A stretch of 61,757 nucleotides of DNA, taken from positions 1-61,757 of the IMG/VR virus record IMGVR_UViG_3300032289_001903; one strand, 5' to 3'. Positions 35,287 through 45,579 of the stretch are shown here, piece after piece. This stretch comes from a virus. Lineage: Duplodnaviria; Caudoviricetes. The translations under genes were made by a program, and so were the position numbers. How positions within the stretch are numbered: position 1 is the stretch's first letter; each line of letters opens with the position of its first letter. Below the pieces are notes generated by a model. It did not search any database. It was not told the origin of the DNA and saw only the letters and a list, made by a program, of their open reading frames with translations.

Positions 35287-38200
35287 ATGTCTTGTAACAA
35301 TGTACAAATATTAAATTTTAACCACAACATAGTTGAGGTAGGTAGTGATAATAAACTTATCATAACGGATAACGTTAAATGTAATTCTATTACTATACCT
35401 CAACCTGTAACTAATATATTACAGATTAATAGTCCTGGACCACAAGGACCAGCAGGAGCAAGTGTAAATACAGGTTCATTTGTAACTACAAGTTCATTTA
35501 ATGCTTATACTGGTTCTAGCACATCACAATTTGCAGGTACATCATCATTTGCTATAACAGCTTCACATGCTTTAAATGGAGGAGGAAGTACTTTATCAGG
35601 TGGAACTGATGGATATATCCCATTATGGAGTGGAAGTAGTGCTTTAACGAGTAGCTATTTAAATCAATCAAATGGTATATTAAAATCTACATACACCGGA
35701 ATCGATAAAGGTTTAAAATTAGATTTCTCAGCCAATTCATATACACTAGGCGACCCAGCAGGAAATACAATAACAGTATCAGATAATGGAGGTGGAGATA
35801 ATGCTACTTTATCCTTATTAAATGGTATTGTAACATTTAATGCTGATGATGAAATTAATATTAATGCAATTGGAGCAGTAGTATTAAATGCAGCTGCTAC
35901 ATACATTAAACAACTAACATCCTCCCCTCAATTAAATATATTAACAATTGATACAGCATCAGGCCAATTATATTATACAGCATCATCTGCTTTTGGAGGC
36001 GGTGGAGGAGGAGCATCACCTGGAGGATCAACAGGACAAATACAATATAACAATGCTGGAGTATTTGGTGGTGTAGATAAATTAATATTTGATGGTACTA
36101 ATTTAAGAGCAACAGGATCTTTTACAGGATCATTTACTGGTTCATTATTTGGAACTGCTACTACCGCTTCTTACGTTTTACAAGCAGTAAGTGCATCATT
36201 TGCTACTTTAGCACAAACAGCTAATACTGCATCTTATGTAGTAACAGCACAAACCGCTTCTTACGTTTTACAAGCAGTAAGTGCATCATATGCAGCAACC
36301 TCATCAAACATACTAGGTGGTAAAGCAACACATGTACCGTTCTTTATAACAGACACAACATTAGCTACAAGCTCAATATACCAATCAGGGTCAAGCACGG
36401 TTATCATAAACCAAGATAATGCCACAACAGCTAATCCTGAAGCGTTGTATGTTTATCAACCAAGTCAAACATCATTTAATGTAATAAGCGGTAAAGGTAA
36501 CTTAAATAACTACCTACAGCTTAATATACAAAATACAAATCAAGGAACAAGTGCTTCATCAGATGTAGTTGCTACAGCAGATAATGGTAATGAGACTACC
36601 AACTACATTGATATGGGTATCAATAGTGAAAATTATTCCCAAAACTTTGTTGGTGCTGCAAATGACGCTTATCTATATTCTACCGGAAGACATTTACATA
36701 TAGGCAATACCTCGAACTTTCCAGTTCAAATATTTGCAGGTGGTAGTGATGTTGATATACATAATAAACTTGAATTAAACCCTAACAACCAACATTTAAT
36801 GTCTGGTTCGTTAGATGTAAGTGGTAGTATTAAAGCATTTTCATTCACAGGATCATTACAAGGTAATGCTACCTCTGCTACAACATCAAACACATCATCT
36901 TATTCAACAACATTAGGAGCTAGCCTATCTCAACCAGCAAATAATCAAGTAAGATTATTAAATAGTGCTGGTGGAACATTAAGTACAGCAACTATTAATA
37001 ATGTAACATCAGCATCTTATGCTGATAATGCTGCTACAGCAAATTTTGCAACAACAGCAGGCAACGGTGGTGTTACTAATATAGTAGCAGGATCTGGTAT
37101 AACATTAATACCAACAAGTGGAGTAGGATCTGTAACAGTAATATCGTCAGGAGGCGGTGGAGTAACAATTATATCAGGATCAAATGTAACACAATCCTTT
37201 AGCAATACCTCTACGTGGACCTTTAATCACAACTTAGGAACACGAGTACCAATCATAACAGTATTTGATACTAACTACAAACAAATTATTCCACAAGACA
37301 TTGAGTTAGTAAGTACAAGTAGTGCAACTATAACATTCCCAACAGCCGAGAGTGGATTTGCAGTAGCATCGTTAGGTGGAGCTACAGGAACGGTATTATC
37401 ATCGTCATATGCTTTATTTTCAACTTATGCTGATACAGCCTCTTACTATGCTGAAACAGACCCTGTTTATATAGCTCAAAAACCAACTTTAGCAACAACT
37501 GGATCTAATATATTCAGGGGTAATCAAACAATAACAGGTTCATTGACTGTGTCTACGACATCAGATATTCCTTTACAAATTAAAGGAGGAACAGGAACAC
37601 TACTATCTATATCAAGTAGCACAAGTGAAATCTTTAAAATATCAGATACATTCTCACCAAATTTATTCACAGTATCAACAGGCAGCATAAATGTCTTTAA
37701 TATAGACAATACAAATAAGGTAGTTATTTCTGGTAGCTTAGTAGTAACAGGTAGTATAACAGGATCATTAGCTGGAACATCATCATATGCCGATAATGCT
37801 AATTTATTGGATGGAAAAGATAGTACAATATTTGCAACTACTGGCTCTAATAATTTTAACGGTAATCAAACAATAACAGGCTCGTTAATAGTATCAGGAT
37901 CAGGTACATTTACAAACATAGGTCCTGCTGTATTTACTGGTAGTGTTAATATAACGGGCTCTACAACTCAAACTGGTAACAACACCTTAATAGGTAACAC
38001 AGTATTAAGTGGTAGTATTAGTATTAGTGGATCACAAACATTTAATGGTACATCAATTAGTATAGGAACTCAAATAGTAACTGGCAGTTTAATTACAAGT
38101 GGATCAAACACATTAGTAGGAAATACGGTACTATCAGGATCAATTAATATTAGTGGCTCTAGTACAATACAAGGTACTACTATAATGAGTGGTTCACTAA

Positions 38201-39708
38201 ATATAAGTGGATCAACAACACAAAGAGGTAACAATACTCTAATAGGTACTACTACATTAACAGGTAGTATTAATATGAGCGGAGATATTATACCAACAGC
38301 ATCTAGCTCATTCGATCTAGGATCGGAGACTAATCCTTGGAGATCACTGTATGTTCAATCAGGATCAATTAGTATACAATCAGATATTCCTGGAGGTATA
38401 TCAGCAGTAATATCAAATGCAAACGGAAATGTTACAATCGCTGGAGCAGGTCTTCAATTAAAAAGCGGATCATTTGTACCATTTGAAATATCCTCTACAG
38501 CAAGAACAATAATAAGAGTACCTAATCTACCAGCTAATGATGTTGGTGGATTAAGTATAATAGGTAGTTCAGATGGATCATATCAAGGTGTAACAAACGC
38601 AGGAGGTTTATTACATCTTACTAGTAACGATGGTGCAAGCTCTAGAATTACAAGTGATGCTTTTGGAACAGCAGCGGTTGTAGTATATGCGGGTAGAAAA
38701 GCAAGAGGCACAGCAGCAAGTCCACTACCAGTACAATCAGGTGATACTCTAACAAGAATAAGTACAGTAGGATGGACTGGACCTGAGTACGGATTTACAA
38801 TGTCTGCTAGTGCAGTATTAGCAGTAACTGCTATAGAGACGGTAGCACTTGAAAACTTTACAACATCCAGCTTTGGTACTAGATATAATTTTTACAATGC
38901 TCCTTTAGGTGGTACAATAAGAACATTATCCGCTCAAATAGATACAACCGGTATAACAATACCATCAACTAGTAGATTCTTTGGAACTGCAAGTTGGGCT
39001 AGTAATGCTCAAACAGCATCTTATGTATTAAACACAGTAACGGCATCGTACGTTTTAAATGCAGTAAGTAGCTCATTTGCATCTACAGCATCATATGTCA
39101 ATCCACTCAGACAAGACGTAATAATAACCGGCTCACTAAAAGTATCAGGATCTTTAACTGAAATAGGTGATACAGTACTAACGGGTTCACTAACATTAAG
39201 CTCAGGGTCAAGATTAAATATAAATGATGGATTTTATGTAAACGGTAATAAGCAGTTTAACTATGGACAATTCAGTAGTACAGAAACACAATCAGGATCA
39301 GCAAATACCGCTTACTCAGCAACCTTTAATACAACTGATTTTTCACAAGGAGTAAGCTTAGTAGCTGGAAGTAGAATAACAGTAGCAAACACAGGAATAT
39401 ACAATATTCAATTTTCATCACAGCTACATACGACAGCCAATCAAGCGGTTGACTTTTCAATTTGGTTTGCTATGACTGGTTCCAACATTGCTAACTCAAA
39501 TACAGATTTTACCATTGAAAAAATAAATGGTGGTGGATATGTGGTAGCCGCTTTAAACTTTTTAACTCAAATAGCAAGTGGAAGCTATATAGAATTAAAA
39601 TATTCAAAAACAACTGCTCAAGGACAGCTACAAGCAAAAGGAACACAATCAACACCAACAAGACCAGCAACACCATCAGTAATATTAACAGTAACACAGA
39701 TAGCATAA
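35287..39708 (+). CDS. Long tail fibre protein (1473 aa)
   Basis: GPQGP, repeated TASY/TGS/SGS units, GQIQYN..G.FGG, HNLG module, C-terminal G.YNIQFS.Q beta domain. Confidence 0.8.
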   Translation: MSCNNVQILNFNHNIVEVGSDNKLIITDNVKCNSITIPQPVTNILQINSPGPQGPAGASVNTGSFVTTSSFNAYTGSSTSQFAGTSSFAITASHALNGGGSTLSGGTDGYIPLWSGSSALTSSYLNQSNGILKSTYTGIDKGLKLDFSANSYTLGDPAGNTITVSDNGGGDNATLSLLNGIVTFNADDEININAIGAVVLNAAATYIKQLTSSPQLNILTIDTASGQLYYTASSAFGGGGGGASPGGSTGQIQYNNAGVFGGVDKLIFDGTNLRATGSFTGSFTGSLFGTATTASYVLQAVSASFATLAQTANTASYVVTAQTASYVLQAVSASYAATSSNILGGKATHVPFFITDTTLATSSIYQSGSSTVIINQDNATTANPEALYVYQPSQTSFNVISGKGNLNNYLQLNIQNTNQGTSASSDVVATADNGNETTNYIDMGINSENYSQNFVGAANDAYLYSTGRHLHIGNTSNFPVQIFAGGSDVDIHNKLELNPNNQHLMSGSLDVSGSIKAFSFTGSLQGNATSATTSNTSSYSTTLGASLSQPANNQVRLLNSAGGTLSTATINNVTSASYADNAATANFATTAGNGGVTNIVAGSGITLIPTSGVGSVTVISSGGGGVTIISGSNVTQSFSNTSTWTFNHNLGTRVPIITVFDTNYKQIIPQDIELVSTSSATITFPTAESGFAVASLGGATGTVLSSSYALFSTYADTASYYAETDPVYIAQKPTLATTGSNIFRGNQTITGSLTVSTTSDIPLQIKGGTGTLLSISSSTSEIFKISDTFSPNLFTVSTGSINVFNIDNTNKVVISGSLVVTGSITGSLAGTSSYADNANLLDGKDSTIFATTGSNNFNGNQTITGSLIVSGSGTFTNIGPAVFTGSVNITGSTTQTGNNTLIGNTVLSGSISISGSQTFNGTSISIGTQIVTGSLITSGSNTLVGNTVLSGSINISGSSTIQGTTIMSGSLNISGSTTQRGNNTLIGTTTLTGSINMSGDIIPTASSSFDLGSETNPWRSLYVQSGSISIQSDIPGGISAVISNANGNVTIAGAGLQLKSGSFVPFEISSTARTIIRVPNLPANDVGGLSIIGSSDGSYQGVTNAGGLLHLTSNDGASSRITSDAFGTAAVVVYAGRKARGTAASPLPVQSGDTLTRISTVGWTGPEYGFTMSASAVLAVTAIETVALENFTTSSFGTRYNFYNAPLGGTIRTLSAQIDTTGITIPSTSRFFGTASWASNAQTASYVLNTVTASYVLNAVSSSFASTASYVNPLRQDVIITGSLKVSGSLTEIGDTVLTGSLTLSSGSRLNINDGFYVNGNKQFNYGQFSSTETQSGSANTAYSATFNTTDFSQGVSLVAGSRITVANTGIYNIQFSSQLHTTANQAVDFSIWFAMTGSNIANSNTDFTIEKINGGGYVVAALNFLTQIASGSYIELKYSKTTAQGQLQAKGTQSTPTRPATPSVILTVTQIA
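36163..36289 (+). repeat. 37-bp exact direct repeat, 90 bp apart
   Basis: ACCGCTTCTTACGTTTTACAAGCAGTAAGTGCATCAT at 36163 and 36253. Confidence 0.9.
37567..37779 (+). repeat. 213-bp module duplicated at 40959-41171
   Basis: IPLQIKGGTGTLLS...EIFKISDTFS.NLFTV.TGSI.VFNIDN...ISGSLVVTGSITGSL in both genes. Confidence 0.85.
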
Positions 39709-39709
39709 G

Positions 39710-40405
39710 ATGAAAATATTTCAACCCATAGTATCAGGATCACTAACATCATCGGGATCAGTATTCTTCCCGAGTCTGGTAACATCATCAACTACTGTTA
39801 GCAACGTGGTAATGTATGGTACTAGTGGACAGCTATTCATAACAGCATCATCTGCAATAGGCGGAGGTGGTGGCGGTGGAACAACTAATCCGGGTGGATC
39901 TAATACCCAAATACAGTATAATAATTCAAATACATTTGGTGGGGTTGATAAACTAACATACGACGGAACTAATTTAATAGGTACGGGATCGTTTACAGGC
40001 AGCTTTACAGGGCAATTTAACGGAAGTATTACAACTGCTGCTACCGCATCATTTGCTACAAACTTTACTGTAGCTAATCGATTAACTTTAGATGAAACAT
40101 TATTAGACTTTGCTAAAGTAGCATCAACAATAGTTGGATCAGATAACCTGTTTCAACAAGCAACTGGATCATATACATCTGCTCACGGTAGATATACAGT
40201 ATACAAAGGAGCTAATTCAAGAGCAGGAGAATTTGTAACATCATGGAACGGAACAACTGTATCATACTACGATAATGCAACAGTTGATATAGGATCAACA
40301 TCGGATATAACTTTTCAATCATTAATTGTAACAAGCCAAATACAAATCAATGCAGTAGCAGCTTCATCAGGATGGACAGTTAAGATGATTGTAACATATT
40401 TATAA
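39710..40405 (+). CDS. Tail fibre-associated protein
   Basis: Shares the SGQL..TASSA.GGGG...QIQYNN...FGGVDKL module with the long fibre. Confidence 0.65.
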   Translation: MKIFQPIVSGSLTSSGSVFFPSLVTSSTTVSNVVMYGTSGQLFITASSAIGGGGGGGTTNPGGSNTQIQYNNSNTFGGVDKLTYDGTNLIGTGSFTGSFTGQFNGSITTAATASFATNFTVANRLTLDETLLDFAKVASTIVGSDNLFQQATGSYTSAHGRYTVYKGANSRAGEFVTSWNGTTVSYYDNATVDIGSTSDITFQSLIVTSQIQINAVAASSGWTVKMIVTYL

Positions 40406-40440
40406 TAGACTATTAGTTGGATAGTGAAAACTAATTAAAC

Positions 40441-40854
40441 ATGGCAATACAAATAGGAAATCAAGGTACTATTATAGCAAGCACTAACATTACAGTAGAT
40501 AGTGCTAAACAGACAATTCCACCGGCGAGCTCATTTGATTTTACATTTAACCAGCAATACGGATCTCCAAACGCAACCGTAAATAGTATTGGCGGATTTA
40601 CGAGCACTCCATCTTTTACACCGACATCAAATGCATTTACGTTTAATTCTACAGGTTCTCCCATTGGTACAATAACATTTAGTTTTACAATGACAGCACC
40701 TACTAGTATTAATATCGGGGCAGATCTGATACAAAACGGTGTACCATTAGAAACTTTTACTAACAATATTGGTGGTGGTTATACATTTGTTTTTACACCG
40801 ATTTTAGTATCACAAAATGATACAATACAAATATCAACTTACGCACCAGATTAA
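40441..40854 (+). CDS. Ser/Thr-rich beta protein in fibre cluster
   Basis: Composition and location. Confidence 0.45.
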   Translation: MAIQIGNQGTIIASTNITVDSAKQTIPPASSFDFTFNQQYGSPNATVNSIGGFTSTPSFTPTSNAFTFNSTGSPIGTITFSFTMTAPTSINIGADLIQNGVPLETFTNNIGGGYTFVFTPILVSQNDTIQISTYAPD

Positions 40855-40868
40855 AATATTTATAAAAA

Positions 40869-41282
40869 ATGGCAAATGAATTTGTAGCAAAGAATGGATT
40901 AATATCTCAAAATAATACCACTATAAGTGGATCGCTAGCAATATCTGCATCATCTGGTATTCCATTACAAATTAAAGGTGGAACAGGAACATTACTATCA
41001 GTATCAGGTAGCACAAGTGAAATATTTAAAATATCAGATACATTCTCATCAAATTTATTTACAGTAACTACTGGCAGTATAACTGTTTTTAATATAGATA
41101 ATAATAATACAGTTAGTATATCTGGTAGTTTAGTAGTAACAGGTAGTATAACCGGATCACTACAAGGTACAGCATCATTTGCAACAACAGCATCGTTTGC
41201 ATTAAACGCTGGTAGTGGAGAAGGAGGTATTTCACAAGGAAAAGTAGTAGCAATAGCAACAGGATATTCAAATTTATTTTAA
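40869..41282 (+). CDS. Short fibre-like protein
   Basis: MANEFVAKNGL start; duplicated fibre module; GTASFATTASFA. Confidence 0.6.
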   Translation: MANEFVAKNGLISQNNTTISGSLAISASSGIPLQIKGGTGTLLSVSGSTSEIFKISDTFSSNLFTVTTGSITVFNIDNNNTVSISGSLVVTGSITGSLQGTASFATTASFALNAGSGEGGISQGKVVAIATGYSNLF

Positions 41283-41311
41283 AAATATATTTATATATAA
41301 ACACATAAACA

Positions 41312-41746
41312 ATGGCATTAAACACAGCACCAATTTATTCCGGAGTAGGAGACGTACAGTGGGGATCAACATCATTAGTAAACGCAAATCCAAGCTATGA
41401 AGCTAATGGAACAGGATCTGTAGTAGTATTTACAGCAAGTGCGTCAGGTAGTTTTGTACAAAGAATCCGTTTTAAAGCATCCGGCTCTACTACAGCAACA
41501 GCCGCTCGTATATTCATTGGCAATGCAACAGCAGGAACTCTTAGTGGATCAAATGTGATACTATTTGATGAAATAACATTACCCGCAACAACATTATCAC
41601 AAACTGCGGCTCAAGCAGTATACGAGTTACCAATCAACGCTGCTCTACCGGCTAACTATAAAATTCAAGCCACTATAGCAACGCAGCAAGTAGCAGGGGG
41701 TGGATGGTATGTTTCAGCTGTTGGGGGCTCTTATACAACACCATAA
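41312..41746 (+). CDS. Putative fibre-tip/virion protein
   Basis: Beta-rich 144 aa ORF in the fibre cluster with ATATTTAT upstream. Confidence 0.45.
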   Translation: MALNTAPIYSGVGDVQWGSTSLVNANPSYEANGTGSVVVFTASASGSFVQRIRFKASGSTTATAARIFIGNATAGTLSGSNVILFDEITLPATTLSQTAAQAVYELPINAALPANYKIQATIATQQVAGGGWYVSAVGGSYTTP

Positions 41747-41758
41747 AATTAATATAAT

Positions 41759-41941
41759 ATGAGATATGTTCTAATGCAGGGTTCTGACGACCCGACTATT
41801 GAATTCTATTATGTGATGGACGACACATTACAAAATGTAATACAAGTAATAGATAAAGACTGCAATGTTATAACACCAGGAATATCACATCAAACAAAAG
41901 AAGTTGATGTAAAACCACCTTGTATTGATCTTCAACCCTAA
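41759..41941 (+). CDS. Small hypothetical protein
   Basis: 60 aa ORF filling the gap in the operon. Confidence 0.45.
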   Translation: MRYVLMQGSDDPTIEFYYVMDDTLQNVIQVIDKDCNVITPGISHQTKEVDVKPPCIDLQP

Positions 41942-41949
41942 ACTAGTTT

Positions 41950-42900
41950 ATGTTAGACCTCTTTCACATACCATCTAATATAGATAGTACTAAAATATTT
42001 TATGCTCAAGGAGCAACAGCTTGGCAAACATGGGAAAAACCACGTAATGCTAAATTCATACAAATATTTTGTTTAGGCGGCGGAGCAGGAGGAGGTGGAG
42101 GAGCCGCTTCAACTTCTAATGCAACCCTGACCCGTGGAGGTGGAGGAGGTGGAGCTAGCGGAGGTATAACTAAAGCAATATATCCGGCTTTTCTACTACC
42201 AGACGTATTATATATTCAAGTTGGACTTGGAGGAGCAGGAGGAGCTGGTGCCCCTGGTAATGGTAATGGGGTAGGTGGTACAGCGGGAGGGTTAAGTTAT
42301 GTATCAATATCACCATCAACAACAGCTATAAATTTATTAGCCCAATCAAGTAACTTAGCAGCAGCTGCAGGAGGAGGAGCAGCTGCTAATGCTGGTTCGG
42401 CAGGAGCATCAGGAGCAGCTTGGGTAACAACATCAAGTCCCTTTGTATCGCTAGGATTAGTATTAACGTCGGTAACAGTAGCTGGTACAATTGGGGGTAG
42501 TGCAACAACAACAGGTTCAAATACAACTGCATTAACAACCAACGTAATGATGGGTGGAGCTGGAGGAGCTGGTGGTACATCAGGTTCTGGTGCTTTTAAT
42601 GGAGGAGCTATATCAGGATCTACTGTTATATTAACAACAACTCTTTTAGGTGGATTAGCGGGTGGTGGAACTACTGCTAGTGGATCTAATGGCTATGGAT
42701 CTCTAATACCTTTTTGTGGAACTGGAGGAGCAGGTGGTGGATCATCACAAGGAAATCCATCACCAGCAGTTGGAGGAAATGGGGGAAATGGATACTATGG
42801 ATGTGGAGGTGGTGGTGGTGGTGCCGCTTTTACTGGACCTGTAGCTGGCAGAGGTGGTCGTGGAGGAGATGGTTTAGTAATAATAACAACAATATTCTAA
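41950..42900 (+). CDS. Glycine-rich adhesin-like protein 1
   Basis: MLD...W.TW.KPR..KF...C.GGG; C-terminus GGRGGDGLVII.T.F. Confidence 0.65.
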   Translation: MLDLFHIPSNIDSTKIFYAQGATAWQTWEKPRNAKFIQIFCLGGGAGGGGGAASTSNATLTRGGGGGGASGGITKAIYPAFLLPDVLYIQVGLGGAGGAGAPGNGNGVGGTAGGLSYVSISPSTTAINLLAQSSNLAAAAGGGAAANAGSAGASGAAWVTTSSPFVSLGLVLTSVTVAGTIGGSATTTGSNTTALTTNVMMGGAGGAGGTSGSGAFNGGAISGSTVILTTTLLGGLAGGGTTASGSNGYGSLIPFCGTGGAGGGSSQGNPSPAVGGNGGNGYYGCGGGGGGAAFTGPVAGRGGRGGDGLVIITTIF

Positions 42901-42901
42901 A

Positions 42902-43804
42902 ATGTTAGATTTATCATATTTTCAAAATAGTGGAAATGTAAATACACAAACATTTACAAACGCAGGTTCTTGGGTGACATGGGTTAAACCAAGAGGGGCT
43001 AAGTTTGTAAACATATTCTGTATGGGAGCAGGATCGGGAGGAGGAGGTGGATTTCAAACTGGTTCTGCTACAAGATTTGCAGGAGCTGGAGGTAGTTCTG
43101 GAGGCGTTGTAAGTGCTCAATTTCAAGCTTCTATACTTCCGGATATACTATACGTTTACACAGGAGTAGGAGGAGTAGGTGGTACTGGTGGAGCAGCAGG
43201 AATAGTAACAGCAGGAGGTAATGGAGAAAGATCATTTGTTTGCTTAATACCAAGCACATCATCAATACAAAATATAGTAGTAACATCAGGAGCTGTAGCA
43301 GCTATCGGGGGTCAATCAGGATCAGCAGTTAGCCCAGCAGGTAGAAGTGGTGAAACACAAGCAACAACAGCAAATGCTATATTTTTAAATTTAGGAACTT
43401 TTATTGCAGCAGCAGGTACGGCAGGATCCGCTCCTCAATCAAGTACAACCTCAACAATAAATTTTATTAATTTTCCTGGAGCAGGAGGTGGAAGCACAGG
43501 TAATGGAGCTAATGTCACAGTAGCTGGACCATTTCCTATAACGACCCCAGTAGCAATCGCTGGGTCAGGCGCAACTAATGGCCAAAATGGAAGAAACGGA
43601 TATACGTTAACAAAGCCTATTTTAGGATTTATGGGAGGGAATGGAGGTGGTGGAATAGCTTCCGGAGGTACAGGCAATGCCGGTAATGGAGGAAATGCAT
43701 CATATGGATCAGGTGGAGGTGGTGGTGGTAGTGCTCAAACAGGTATAGCAGGTAATGGTGGTAGAGGTGGCGACGGACTTATAATTATAACAACAAGTTT
43801 TTAA
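42902..43804 (+). CDS. Glycine-rich adhesin-like protein 2
   Basis: Paralog of 41950 with the same terminal motifs. Confidence 0.65.
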   Translation: MLDLSYFQNSGNVNTQTFTNAGSWVTWVKPRGAKFVNIFCMGAGSGGGGGFQTGSATRFAGAGGSSGGVVSAQFQASILPDILYVYTGVGGVGGTGGAAGIVTAGGNGERSFVCLIPSTSSIQNIVVTSGAVAAIGGQSGSAVSPAGRSGETQATTANAIFLNLGTFIAAAGTAGSAPQSSTTSTINFINFPGAGGGSTGNGANVTVAGPFPITTPVAIAGSGATNGQNGRNGYTLTKPILGFMGGNGGGGIASGGTGNAGNGGNASYGSGGGGGGSAQTGIAGNGGRGGDGLIIITTSF

Positions 43805-43808
43805 TAAT

Positions 43809-44660
43809 ATGTTAGATATATTTGATATACCGGGACAACAAGATAATGTAAAGATATTTTATGCTGCTGGTATAACTGCTTGGCAAACATGGACTAAACC
43901 AAGAAACTGTAAGTTTATTTGGATGATGTGTATTGGAGGTGGTAGTGGTGGATTTGGAGGAGCAGGTGCCGGAGGAGCAGCTAATGCCCCCGGTGGACCA
44001 GGAGGAGCAGTTACTAAAGCATTATTTCCCGCTAACACACTACCAGATACTTTATTTATCCAACCAGGAACAGGAAGTATAGGAGGAGTAGGAGCAGCGA
44101 ATAATACTAATCCATCACCAAGCGTACCTGGAAGAAGTTTTATTGCTATAGCACCGAGTAGTGCTACTGTAATGAATATAGTATGCACATCAGGATTAGC
44201 TAATGCGTCTGGTACAACACCTGAATCAGCAGCAACTGTAGCCGCAGCTGGATTACTATCATTAGGGAATTTCACATCTATAGCAGGAGTTGCAGCTGCC
44301 GCTGGTGGATCTAATTTAACACCACTAACTACAACTATAACATGTGCTGGAGCTAATGGATCCGCCGCAGGAGCTGTTGCAGGAGCTAGTATATTATCTG
44401 TAAATTTGGGAACATTTAATACACCACTCATTTCGGGAGGAGCTTCAGGATTGATTGGAAACAGTGGAGTATGGTTTTGGAAACCAATGTTTGGTTTAGG
44501 AGCATCAGGAGGAGGCGGAGTTACAAGTGGATTAGCAGGTAATGGAGGTAGTGCAAATTCATATGGTTGTGGAGGAGGAGGAGGAGGAAACTCAGGAGCC
44601 GGTACTGGAGGTAATGGAGGTAGAGGAGGAGACGGTTTAGTAATTATAGCAACTTTCTAA
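43809..44660 (+). CDS. Glycine-rich adhesin-like protein 3
   Basis: Paralog of 41950 with the same terminal motifs. Confidence 0.65.
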   Translation: MLDIFDIPGQQDNVKIFYAAGITAWQTWTKPRNCKFIWMMCIGGGSGGFGGAGAGGAANAPGGPGGAVTKALFPANTLPDTLFIQPGTGSIGGVGAANNTNPSPSVPGRSFIAIAPSSATVMNIVCTSGLANASGTTPESAATVAAAGLLSLGNFTSIAGVAAAAGGSNLTPLTTTITCAGANGSAAGAVAGASILSVNLGTFNTPLISGGASGLIGNSGVWFWKPMFGLGASGGGGVTSGLAGNGGSANSYGCGGGGGGNSGAGTGGNGGRGGDGLVIIATF

Positions 44661-44666
44661 AATAAA

Positions 44667-44699
44667 TTTGGTTGTCTCCATTTTCTTGTATATATTTAT
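44667..44699 (+). promoter_or_regulatory. Composite promoter candidate
   Basis: TTTG-N20-TATATTTA overlapping ATATTTAT. Confidence 0.4.
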
Positions 44700-44721
44700 A
44701 TCAAACAAAAATAAATAAATT

Positions 44722-44985
44722 ATGTCAATCGTTATTACAATTATCATTGTAGTATTAGTAAGCGTATTAGTTGCTAAATACTATCCAAAACAAAAACAAA
44801 CAACAATTTTAGCTCAAGGTGAAATATTAATACCAGAGCCAGAAGTTCTACCAAAACCAGTTGTAGAATCAATTCCTGAAGTTGTAGTTGAACCTACTCC
44901 TGTAGTTGAAGCACCTAAAATGGATGCTAAACCAAAGAAAAAACCACAACCAAAAAAGAAACAACAACCAAAGAGTAATGCTTAA
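44722..44985 (+). CDS. Small membrane-anchored Pro/Glu/Lys-rich protein
   Basis: N-terminal TM IVITIIIVVLVSVLVA, extended linker, basic tail. Confidence 0.55.
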   Translation: MSIVITIIIVVLVSVLVAKYYPKQKQTTILAQGEILIPEPEVLPKPVVESIPEVVVEPTPVVEAPKMDAKPKKKPQPKKKQQPKSNA

Positions 44986-45211
44986 ATTAGTAGAAATAGC
45001 TAAGGCATGGATTGCTGCAGCTAATCCTACCCCTGAGCAAAAATATATAGCTGAACAACGCATAACAACGTGTAATGCTTGTCCATACAAGGAATATCAA
45101 AAACATTTGAATATATATACTTGTGGATTATGTGGTTGTCCTTTAGATAAAAAAATATTTTCACCTCTTTCCGGTGATAAGGCATGTCCTGATAAACGCT
45201 GGGAAGTATAA
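44978..45211 (+). CDS. Small Cys-rich metal-binding protein
   Basis: R...CNAC...CGLCGCPL..K...CP..RW; start moved to ATG 44978. Confidence 0.6.
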   Translation: MLKLVEIAKAWIAAANPTPEQKYIAEQRITTCNACPYKEYQKHLNIYTCGLCGCPLDKKIFSPLSGDKACPDKRWEV

Positions 45212-45220
45212 ATAAAGATT

Positions 45221-45496
45221 ATGTCAGAAGAAGTAAAAAAATTAACAGAAGAAGAAATTGCACAGATTAAAGAAATGCAAACACAATACAACAAGTTTGT
45301 ATTTGAATTAGGTAGTGTTGAAGCACAATTATCTGAAGTAGCTGCTCATAGAATAGCTATGGAAACAGAAAAAAACAATATATTAGGTGATATCAAATCA
45401 CTTACTGTTAGAGAAAAAGAATTATTAACATCACTTCAAGAAAAATATGGTGTTGGTAATATCAATATAGAAACTGGTGAAATAACACCATTCTAA
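45221..45496 (+). CDS. Small coiled-coil protein
   Basis: Heptad repeat ending LQEKYG.GNINIETGE. Confidence 0.55.
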   Translation: MSEEVKKLTEEEIAQIKEMQTQYNKFVFELGSVEAQLSEVAAHRIAMETEKNNILGDIKSLTVREKELLTSLQEKYGVGNINIETGEITPF

Positions 45497-45579
45497 TAAT
45501 AGCTTCTGCGTTTTGCATGGTTTTGTAGATATTTATTACTAGGTAACACAATATATAAATTTAAAACAAATCACATAAA

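Noticed and set aside
37567-41171. Diversity-generating retroelement TR/VR pair
   Set aside because: Differences are not restricted to adenines, both copies are coding, and no reverse transcriptase is in the window.
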